From assembly GCA_964645535.1 (NCBI GenBank), contig CAZYCQ010000078.1, positions 1-12,779 on the forward strand: DNA of 12,779 nt, in the 5' to 3' direction. The notes beneath the pieces were generated by a model, which was given only the letters and a program-made list of their open reading frames with translations, was not told where the DNA came from and made no database searches. This DNA comes from an uncultured archaeon. GTDB lineage: Archaea > Asgardarchaeota > Heimdallarchaeia > Heimdallarchaeales > Kariarchaeaceae. Below, one piece after another: positions 5,602-12,693 of this stretch (within the stretch, counting starts at the first letter, position 1; each line of letters starts with the position of its first letter). The position numbers were made by a program, and so were the translations under genes.

Positions 5602-7116
5602 TTGGACATTTTCAAGCTTTTCAATCGATTGAGACCAAACACTCGCAAGAAGTACCTGAAAATCATAAATAGATTTGGTCAATTCTTGATAATACACAAA
5701 AAATCCCTTTGGGATGCCACTGCATTGGATGTGAAGAAATATCTTCTTCAAGAAGGTGATGCACAGGCTCGAAGTATATTGAAAACATTTTATCGTGTTT
5801 TAATTGAATCCGGTGAGTTCGAAGGGGATAATCCCGTCATCATACTTGAAAACATAGAGGAAGAAGAACGAAAGCACGGTATCGAGCAAAAAGATCAAGT
5901 TACAACCGCAGAAACAGTTTTGCAAAGTCTTAATCCGGAAATCGATACACAAATGATTGAGGACTCCAAAAAGCCTCAACCAAAGAAGAAGCTCCCCAAA
6001 AGAATTATGACCCTTGCGGATCTGGAAATGTTGCTCAAACGTACAACACATATCCGTGAAAAGGCAATACTTGAAATTCTGTTTTTCACGGGTGCTCGTC
6101 TGAAGGAAATTGTGGATCTGAATGTTTCTGATGTAGATTTGGATGGAAAGAAAATTCTCTTCTTTGAAAACAACCAGGAAATTTCGAGGGCAATAGCCAT
6201 TCCAAAACGGGCGCTTCCTTTTTTGAAACTTTATGAAAGGTGGCGCTACCGTCAATTGTCACCTTCTAATGCATACTTCATAACCAAAAAAACAAAGGAA
6301 CGAATGAATGTTTCCACAATATCTACTTGGCTCTATCGGATACAGAGAGACAAAGAGCCCGAAGCTCGATGGACTGCCACTGATTTTAGAAAACGGGCAA
6401 TATTGCAACATTATTGGTTAACCAAGGATCTCGCCTCTGTAACTCGTTTTGCAGGATACAAACGTCCTGAAGCAACTTTACGTGTTGTGAACCAAATCCT
6501 CATGGATAGGGGGATTGAGACATTAGATGAATTGGCAAACCTTCCTGAATTTGAAGAACTCGAAAAAGACAGAAGGAAGGCAAGCACAAGGTTGGAGGAA
6601 CAATCCACCACAATTACCATAAACTTGACCCCTGACGAACTAGAAATGATCCGAAAATCTGGACTTACTCCTACACAGGCAGTTAAGACGGTCATTTCCC
6701 TCAAAGACCTCTATTCCGCATTTGCACCTGTTGCAGCAGCACCCTCTACCGCTTCCTCTCCTCTTGCCGCTGCGATGAATGTAGGAAAGCCTGGTGGAAT
6801 GCCAAGTTTGGGGTCATCCAAATCTAAACCATCCAAACCTCTGAAACCAAAAGGTCCTGGTCCTAGTGGCCCCCGTCCCGGTCCACGACCTGGACCTGGT
6901 CCCGGTCCTGTTGGAGGTGGAGGTGGACTGTCATTCTTGGCAGAACTGAAATCGAAGCTTCAAGCTAGAAACAAAGAGCAAGCAGAAAAGAAATCTGAGA
7001 TTACGGTTGGTCCCAAAGATCATTTTGCAAATGTCAAAATTGTCGACAAGGACGCACCAGAAGAGCAGAAAGAAGAGTCCAACCAAGAAGAAGGAAAGGA
7101 GGAGAATCAAAGCTAA
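5602..7116 (+). CDS. Xer-like tyrosine recombinase homologue, predicted catalytically inactive, with C-terminal RHH-like, Pro/Gly-rich, amphipathic-helix and acidic extensions (true start possibly ATA 5545)
   Basis: Core-binding-domain motif LRPNTRKKYLKIINRF, KKLPKRIMT linker, box I REKAILEILFFTGARLKEIVDLNVSDVD, and degenerate box II ATDFRKRA...DLASVTRFAGYKRPEATLRV. Intact 504-aa ORF. Confidence 0.85.
   Translation: MDIFKLFNRLRPNTRKKYLKIINRFGQFLIIHKKSLWDATALDVKKYLLQEGDAQARSILKTFYRVLIESGEFEGDNPVIILENIEEEERKHGIEQKDQVTTAETVLQSLNPEIDTQMIEDSKKPQPKKKLPKRIMTLADLEMLLKRTTHIREKAILEILFFTGARLKEIVDLNVSDVDLDGKKILFFENNQEISRAIAIPKRALPFLKLYERWRYRQLSPSNAYFITKKTKERMNVSTISTWLYRIQRDKEPEARWTATDFRKRAILQHYWLTKDLASVTRFAGYKRPEATLRVVNQILMDRGIETLDELANLPEFEELEKDRRKASTRLEEQSTTITINLTPDELEMIRKSGLTPTQAVKTVISLKDLYSAFAPVAAAPSTASSPLAAAMNVGKPGGMPSLGSSKSKPSKPLKPKGPGPSGPRPGPRPGPGPGPVGGGGGLSFLAELKSKLQARNKEQAEKKSEITVGPKDHFANVKIVDKDAPEEQKEESNQEEGKEENQS
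6853..6927 (+). repeat. Coding low-complexity Gly-Pro repeat (GPGPSGPRPGPRPGPGPGPVGGGGG)
   Basis: Local GC-rich patch; repeat units use varied synonymous codons (ggt cct, ggc ccc, ggt cca, gga cct, ggt ccc). Confidence 0.9.
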
Positions 7117-7155
7117 TTGATTATATTTTTATGAGCTAACGACAACAAACCATAT

Positions 7156-7458
7156 ATGGAGGATGAGCTATTTTATAGAAACTTAAAGGTCAACATCCTT
7201 GAGATGATGAAACCTAGTGCCGCAAGGAGAAACAGACCGAAGTTGACAGATGTGGATTTTTTGGCTAAACTTAAACCACTTTACATGTTGAGCAACAGAA
7301 AACCAACTCCTGAAGAAGCAATGAATTGCTTGGATGAACTTATTGCCAAAGGATTGGTAAGAGAGGGGAAAATGGATGCGGTTAAAATTTGGTCAATAAC
7401 AGACAAGGGGGTTGAGGTATTGAAGGAACTTTCGCATGGGGAAGAAGTTGATCTTTAG
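7156..7458 (+). CDS. Small winged-helix protein (PadR/MarR-like wing)
   Basis: EAMNCLDELIAKGLVRE...KIWSITDKGVEVLKEL matches the wHTH pattern L..L...GLV.....Y.LT..G...L. AT-rich TATA-like stretch at 7121-7132. Confidence 0.75.
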   Translation: MEDELFYRNLKVNILEMMKPSAARRNRPKLTDVDFLAKLKPLYMLSNRKPTPEEAMNCLDELIAKGLVREGKMDAVKIWSITDKGVEVLKELSHGEEVDL

Positions 7459-7712
7459 GATTCTCCTTTCAATGCTGATATAATTACTTCCCCCTCTGAT
7501 TTTTCCAATTCATTACTGAGTATCAAACTGTTGATGATCTCTATCAATTGATCATGGTTTTCAAATGAATAGCGAAGAAAATCGATTTTCATCCTTTGAT
7601 TCAATTCTTCCTTTCCCAAAATCGTCTCAACCATTGTCTTAAAAATCATCGCATCCGTCAATTTTTTAGTTTCCTCTTCCCTTATATCTGCCATATCTTG
7701 GAAACCTTGCAT
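7455..7712 (-). CDS. Small helical hypothetical protein
   Basis: Fills the gap between the wHTH gene and gpmI and overlaps the convergent gene by 4 bp at the stop codons. ATG 7712 has a CTTAAAT box about 29 nt upstream (GTG 7721 is an alternative start). Confidence 0.6.
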   Translation of the reverse strand: MQGFQDMADIREEETKKLTDAMIFKTMVETILGKEELNQRMKIDFLRYSFENHDQLIEIINSLILSNELEKSEGEVIISALKGES

Positions 7713-7850
7713 AATTTTCACTGAATTGTGTACGATTTAAGAACGTTTTGGGAACAACTTCGTAAAAAAACCGCGGAAAATTGCGAACTCTGTCCTGCCT
7801 GAATGAGTCTATAGCTGAGACCTTATAACTAATGGACTGGATACAAAGTC

Positions 7851-9416
7851 ATGGTGGAAGCTAAAAAAGCCGTTCTGATTATTATCGACGGTTTTGGCTA
7901 TTCTGAGAAGAAACAAGGCAATGCAATCACACTAGCTTCAACACCGAACTGGGATCAGATGCTGTCAAAATATCCTTGGACACTTCTCGAAGCCTCAGGG
8001 AATGCTGTTGGACTTCCAGATGGGGTGATGGGCAATAGCGAGGTCGGCCACTTGACAATTGGATCTGGAAGAATTGAATTTCAAAGTTTTGAAAAGATCA
8101 ACCAAGCAATAAAAAATAAAAAGTTAGGCAAGAACGAACGGCTTCAGGATCTAATCACAAAATCAGGTACAAAAAATGGTGTTGTACATCTCATGGGATT
8201 AACCAGCTTTGGAGGAGTTCATTCTCATTACAGTCATCTGATCGCACTTCTAGATGTTCTTTCCCAATCCCCCAAAATCAAGAAGATTTACGTTCATGCG
8301 TTTACTGATGGACGCGATGTGTCCCCCCACAGTTCAGTCAAGGATATCAGTAAGCTTCTTGAAGATCTGAACAATTCTGATAAGGCCGTTCTTTCAGACA
8401 TTGTGGGAAGATTTTATGCCATGGATCGTGATAAAAGATGGGAACGAACCAAGGTTGCCTATGACATGCTAACACAACCTCGATCCCCTGATCAAATCGT
8501 TTCAAATCCGATCAAGGAAATCAAGAAACGGTACGAAAGTGGTGAAACTGATGAATTTCTTAAACCCATTCTTCTTACTGATGAAGGGATTGTAAGGGAT
8601 GGGGATACCATCTTATTTTTCAATTTCAGACCTGATAGGGCAAGGCAATTGTCACAATTCTTTTTGTTTCCTGAACGTTTCAAAGAATACGGTGCAAAAA
8701 AAATTGACAATCTAGATTATTATACCATGACAGAGTATGATCCTGAATTTCCTGCCACTGTTCTCTTCCCTGAGGAAAAATTGAACATGACTTTGGCGGA
8801 ATACTGCTCTAAATTGGGATTAAAGCAAATCCATATCGCTGAAACAGAAAAATATGCACATGTCACATATTTCCTCAATGGTGGTTGGGAGGAACCATTC
8901 CCAAACGAGGATCGTGTTCTTGTACCAAGTAAACGGAATTTCCCGACTTATGACCTCATTCCAGAAATGAGTACAAAAGAGATTTCCGAGGAAGTCATAA
9001 AGGCTATGAACTCTGACCGCAATTATTCCCTGATTGTGTGCAACTTTGCGTCTCCAGATATGGTTGGACATACAGGAAATCTTGATGCGACCATCAAAGC
9101 AGTAGAAATCCTTGATGAAGTGCTTGGGAATGTATTGCAAGAAGCACAATCAAAAGGATACACCTTGTTTATTACAGCAGATCACGGAAACGCAGAAAAG
9201 ATGGTGGATGAAAATGGCAACCCTTTCACAGCACATACTACCAATAAAGTTCCATTTTTAGTTACTGATACTGATATTTCCCTATCTCCTGGAGGACTTT
9301 CCGATGTTGCCCCAACTCTGCTCCACTTCTGTGGTTTGCCTAAACCCCCTGAAATGACGGGAAAATCTCTTATTGTCCACCAACCCAACTTATCATTAAA
9401 AAACAAGCTGTCCTAG
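7851..9416 (+). CDS. gpmI: 2,3-bisphosphoglycerate-independent phosphoglycerate mutase (bacterial GpmI type)
   Basis: LIIIDGFG, VGLPDGVMGNSEVGH (catalytic Ser), GGVHSH, FTDGRD, GRFYAMDRD, NFRPDRARQ, AETEKYAHVTYF, PDMVGHTG, TADHGNAE, TAHT. Confidence 0.98.
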   Translation: MVEAKKAVLIIIDGFGYSEKKQGNAITLASTPNWDQMLSKYPWTLLEASGNAVGLPDGVMGNSEVGHLTIGSGRIEFQSFEKINQAIKNKKLGKNERLQDLITKSGTKNGVVHLMGLTSFGGVHSHYSHLIALLDVLSQSPKIKKIYVHAFTDGRDVSPHSSVKDISKLLEDLNNSDKAVLSDIVGRFYAMDRDKRWERTKVAYDMLTQPRSPDQIVSNPIKEIKKRYESGETDEFLKPILLTDEGIVRDGDTILFFNFRPDRARQLSQFFLFPERFKEYGAKKIDNLDYYTMTEYDPEFPATVLFPEEKLNMTLAEYCSKLGLKQIHIAETEKYAHVTYFLNGGWEEPFPNEDRVLVPSKRNFPTYDLIPEMSTKEISEEVIKAMNSDRNYSLIVCNFASPDMVGHTGNLDATIKAVEILDEVLGNVLQEAQSKGYTLFITADHGNAEKMVDENGNPFTAHTTNKVPFLVTDTDISLSPGGLSDVAPTLLHFCGLPKPPEMTGKSLIVHQPNLSLKNKLS

Positions 9417-9421
9417 GAAGG

Positions 9422-10063
9422 TTGTTGTCCAAGATCGTTCTTAAATTAATCAGGCATGGAAAAACCGATTGGAACCGTTTCAAACGCCTTCAAGGTCATC
9501 TTGATATCCCTATCAACGAGGAAGGTATCAAACAAGCCAAGGCCATGGCTCAACTGTTAGACAAACAGAAAATTGACCACATCTACAGTTCGGATTTATC
9601 TCGATGCCGGCAAACGGCGGCTTATCTCAGGCTCAATCATCCTGAAGCGGTCTACCATGAGACAGAGGAATTTCGTGAAGGTAATGCAGGAATCCTTGGA
9701 GGTAAGGCGATTGGAAATTTCATGAAATCTGAAATCCAATCACTCAGCTCGTTGAAACAGTTTTTTACGCATTATGGGGAAACCATGGAGGATGTTTATG
9801 GAAGAGTTTGGAAAAAACTTGATCAAGTGGTGAAGTCACTCCATTCCGCAAAAGAAAACCGACCTGTAACTGTGGCAGTGGTATCTCATGGAGGCCCAAT
9901 ACGAATGATTTTGGCCAAGCTGATGGGATATTACCCCAATCGGTTAAATGAAGCGGCATCTGAAATAAAAGTAAACAATTGTTCCGTCACTACCATTGAA
10001 ATTCAGAATGGGATTTGGGAACTTCGTGAGTACAATTTTATAGATCATCTTCAGGATGTGTGA
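9422..10063 (+). CDS. Histidine phosphatase superfamily protein (GpmB/PhoE/CobC-like)
   Basis: LIRHGKTDWN...LQG, SSDLSRCRQTA, FRE, GET, VSHGG, NCS motifs; starts 5 bp after the gpmI stop. Confidence 0.93.
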   Translation: MLSKIVLKLIRHGKTDWNRFKRLQGHLDIPINEEGIKQAKAMAQLLDKQKIDHIYSSDLSRCRQTAAYLRLNHPEAVYHETEEFREGNAGILGGKAIGNFMKSEIQSLSSLKQFFTHYGETMEDVYGRVWKKLDQVVKSLHSAKENRPVTVAVVSHGGPIRMILAKLMGYYPNRLNEAASEIKVNNCSVTTIEIQNGIWELREYNFIDHLQDV

Positions 10064-10080
10064 AAAGGGTTTCTTAATTC

Positions 10081-10105
10081 AGTGCTCTTCCAGAGCGCTT
10101 TAATT
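10081..10105 (+). terminator. Possible hairpin terminator or operator between the phosphatase gene and pepP
   Basis: AGTGCTCT-tcc-AGAGCGCT (8-bp stem with one G-U pair) followed by TTAATT, which also overlaps the likely pepP TATA box (TTTAAT 10099-10104). Confidence 0.35.
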
Positions 10106-10120
10106 CTTCCATTGAATTGA

Positions 10121-11440
10121 ATGTTTATGGAATTGTCTCAAGAAGTTTATAAAAGACGTCGCGACGCATTGATGGAAAGAATGGATGATGGAATAATGAT
10201 CCTTCCCTCAAATCCAGAATCCATAATGAGTAATGATGTCCACTATGTGTATCGACAAAATTCCAATGTGATTTATCTGACAGGATTCAAAGAGCCAAAT
10301 ACCGTAGTCATTTTGTTAAAGAAGGATGAAGAACAAAAATTCATTATGTTTGTTCCTCCCAGAGACCCTGCAACTGAAATTTGGAATGGCAGGAGAGAAG
10401 GTGTGGAAGGTGCAAAAAAAAGATTCCATGCTGATGATGCATTTTCAATTGAATCAATTGAAGAGCAATTGCCTGAACTTATCAATGGTTCCCAGAAACT
10501 CTATTATACTTTTGGCGTAAATCCTGAAATTGATGAGCTGGTGCTGAAATTACAGAACCAATTGAAACAAAAACGTGGATATTCATTTCCAACTCATATC
10601 ATTGACCCTGAACCTCTTCTTCATGAAATGAGACTCATCAAGTCGAAAGAAGAAATAGAGATAATGAAGAAAGGGTCTAAAATATCAATTGAAGCTCATC
10701 TTGAGGCAATCAAATCTACAAAACCTGGAATGTTTGAATTTGAAATCGAAGCAATTTACGACTACATTTTCAAAAAAAATGGGGCTAAACGTGCAGCTTA
10801 TCCTTCAATAGTGGGTTCAGGGAAAAACGCAACGATTCTTCATTACATTACCAACGATTCAGAACTGCGGGAAGGTGATTTGCTGCTTGTCGATGCAGGA
10901 TGCGAATACAATGACTATGCAATTGACATCACAAGGACATGGCCAATTTCCGGGAAATTCTCAGAAACTCAGAAAACAATTTACCAAATCGTCCTTTCCA
11001 TTCAAGAAGAATGCATCGAAAAATGTTTGGAAGGAGCAAAATTTGGAGATTTACATGATCATTGCGTTAAAAGAATCAGTGAAGAACTAATCAACATTGG
11101 ATTACTTGAAGGGCCTGTAGAAAAAGTCATTGAGGAAGAAACCTACAAAAAGTTCTTCATGCATGGTTTGGGTCACAATCTCGGTATTGATACACATGAT
11201 GTTTCTCGTATCCCTTTGAAAGAAACGATTTTGAAGGAAGGGATGGTGGTAACCATTGAACCAGGCATCTATATTCCAGATTCCGAAGAAATTCCTGAAG
11301 AATATCGGGGCATAGGTGTTCGTATTGAAGATGATATAGTTATCACCAAGAATGGTCCATTGAATTTGACTGATGCTCTTCCCAAATCCATTGAGGAAAT
11401 TGAGAATCTGGTGGGTAATGGTCAATTATTCAAAGATTAG
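10121..11440 (+). CDS. pepP: Xaa-Pro aminopeptidase (aminopeptidase P, M24B)
   Basis: N-terminal domain motif YRQNSNVIYLTGFKEP...EIWNG; metal-ligand motifs VDAG, AIDITRT, HGLGHNLGIDTHD, TIEPG, GVRIEDD. ATG 10127 is an alternative start. Confidence 0.96.
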   Translation: MFMELSQEVYKRRRDALMERMDDGIMILPSNPESIMSNDVHYVYRQNSNVIYLTGFKEPNTVVILLKKDEEQKFIMFVPPRDPATEIWNGRREGVEGAKKRFHADDAFSIESIEEQLPELINGSQKLYYTFGVNPEIDELVLKLQNQLKQKRGYSFPTHIIDPEPLLHEMRLIKSKEEIEIMKKGSKISIEAHLEAIKSTKPGMFEFEIEAIYDYIFKKNGAKRAAYPSIVGSGKNATILHYITNDSELREGDLLLVDAGCEYNDYAIDITRTWPISGKFSETQKTIYQIVLSIQEECIEKCLEGAKFGDLHDHCVKRISEELINIGLLEGPVEKVIEEETYKKFFMHGLGHNLGIDTHDVSRIPLKETILKEGMVVTIEPGIYIPDSEEIPEEYRGIGVRIEDDIVITKNGPLNLTDALPKSIEEIENLVGNGQLFKD

Positions 11441-11803
11441 ATCTTCGGTACTTTGAACGGCAGGATACCTTTCCATCATTCTTTTTCCAAAATTATCAAT
11501 CTGCTCAATTATATCACAAAGAACCATCCCAAATTCACCAATAAAATAGGTGTGGTGGGGAGGGTTAATGGTTTTTTTCTCCACTATTCCATGAGTCATA
11601 AAATCAGAAAGCAATCCAGATAGTACGGACGCCGAGATGCCTGGTACTCGCTGTTTTATTTCACCGAATGTCAAGGGTGAATGAGTAAGTTCATGAAGAA
11701 CTTTAATTGCCCATTTCTTTCCGATCAACCTAAGGGTCTCTTCCACATGTTTTGGAAGATCTCCTACATTTTCATCAAAATCCACGAGTCTACTTTCCTC
11801 CAA
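11426..11803 (-). CDS. HxlR-family winged-helix transcriptional regulator
   Basis: VEETLRLIGKKWAIKVLHEL...FGEIKQRVPGISASVLSGLL....HGIVEK matches the HxlR pattern. TTG start; 15-bp convergent overlap with pepP. Confidence 0.88.
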   Translation of the reverse strand: MEESRLVDFDENVGDLPKHVEETLRLIGKKWAIKVLHELTHSPLTFGEIKQRVPGISASVLSGLLSDFMTHGIVEKKTINPPHHTYFIGEFGMVLCDIIEQIDNFGKRMMERYPAVQSTEDLIFE

Positions 11804-11937
11804 TCAATTAAAAGCTTTTCAGGCAAAAGACCAAATATTTTCACTGTTTTTCAAAAACCCATTTTTTGTAGTGTGATTTCAAACCTAGTAAAAACAATCC
11901 AAATACTCTTTTAAAGCAATAAACCCGTGATTATATT

Positions 11938-12693
11938 GTGGGCTCTGAAAGTTTGTCCTTCAAGGCAAGTTGTCCAAAATGCGGAATGACGGAGCAGATC
12001 AAATTCACTCCCCCAAAAGAAAACGTGAAGCCAAAGATTCCTGGTCTCCCAGTTCCGAAAATCAAAACCGAAGATTTGTTCTCAATTTCGTATAACCATA
12101 AAGACCATACACTCATAATAAATTTCAATCGATCTGGAGAAATCCAATCTTCCCAAACAATGAACCGGATTGATCGATCAATCGAAAGCTTGTCTGCAAA
12201 ACTTGCCCAGCAGGCAATTAATTTGGCTCAAGAAGTCGGATCAAAAGATATTGAAATCATAATTGTTTCTTCATCCGAGGATTTGGGAGAAATCATTAAG
12301 ACCTTGGGAGGTCTTTTATTTCGGAATGTCCCTACAAACATCAATTTGGAAATTGTTAGAAGTCGGACTGGATCAAAGATCAATATTGGTTCGTTGGCAA
12401 TTAGCCACTATCTGGAACCGATTCAAGTATTGGCAAATGTTCTTCAGAGAGATCAGGTCTTTGTTGTTATTGATGGAAGAAAAGGTGTCAAATGGGAATT
12501 CAATTTTAAACCTCCTCAAAGCTTTTTGATTGTTGAATCACTCGCTTCCCTTACTGATAATTCCGTTCCCGAACTTTCCAGGATAATTGACGAAATCAAA
12601 CCCACTTCATTTTTCCAAGCAAATTCCAATATTGAACTGATCAATTCTCTTTCAAATGTCCTCACTTTTGTTTCCATGTCTTTGGACGTCTGA
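11938..12693 (+). CDS. Hypothetical protein with N-terminal CxxC...HxxH putative zinc-binding domain
   Basis: CPKC...NHKDHTLIINFNRSGEI. TTTTAAAG box at 11909-11916, about 28 nt before the GTG start. Confidence 0.75.
   Translation: MGSESLSFKASCPKCGMTEQIKFTPPKENVKPKIPGLPVPKIKTEDLFSISYNHKDHTLIINFNRSGEIQSSQTMNRIDRSIESLSAKLAQQAINLAQEVGSKDIEIIIVSSSEDLGEIIKTLGGLLFRNVPTNINLEIVRSRTGSKINIGSLAISHYLEPIQVLANVLQRDQVFVVIDGRKGVKWEFNFKPPQSFLIVESLASLTDNSVPELSRIIDEIKPTSFFQANSNIELINSLSNVLTFVSMSLDV

Noticed and set aside
5800-6255. 151-aa antisense ORF and the other 60-110 aa alternative-frame ORFs in the track
   Set aside because: Nearly all are nested in well-supported genes (11681-11914 overlaps the HxlR gene and its promoter region) and show no recognisable motifs; treated as shadow ORFs.
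6853-6912. Collagen-like Gly-X-Y repeat or canonical poly-proline profilin site
   Set aside because: Gly spacing is irregular (GP, GPS, GPRP), and there are no consecutive prolines.
5602-7116. Calling this gene xerA/xerC/xerD, an active integrase, or a pseudogene
   Set aside because: The catalytic Tyr, both His and the Lys appear absent, so it is unlikely to be active. The ORF is intact with a conserved fold pattern and extra domains, so it does not look like a pseudogene.
2477-7712. Integrated provirus, plasmid or genomic island
   Set aside because: No tRNA target, flanking att repeats, replication, capsid or conjugation genes, or obvious compositional shift were seen. An ancient element cannot be excluded.
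7722-7850. Possible ncRNA, iteron or dif-like site in the intergenic region
   Set aside because: No convincing stem-loops, tandem repeats or 11-6-11 inverted-arm pattern; explained by two divergent promoters.
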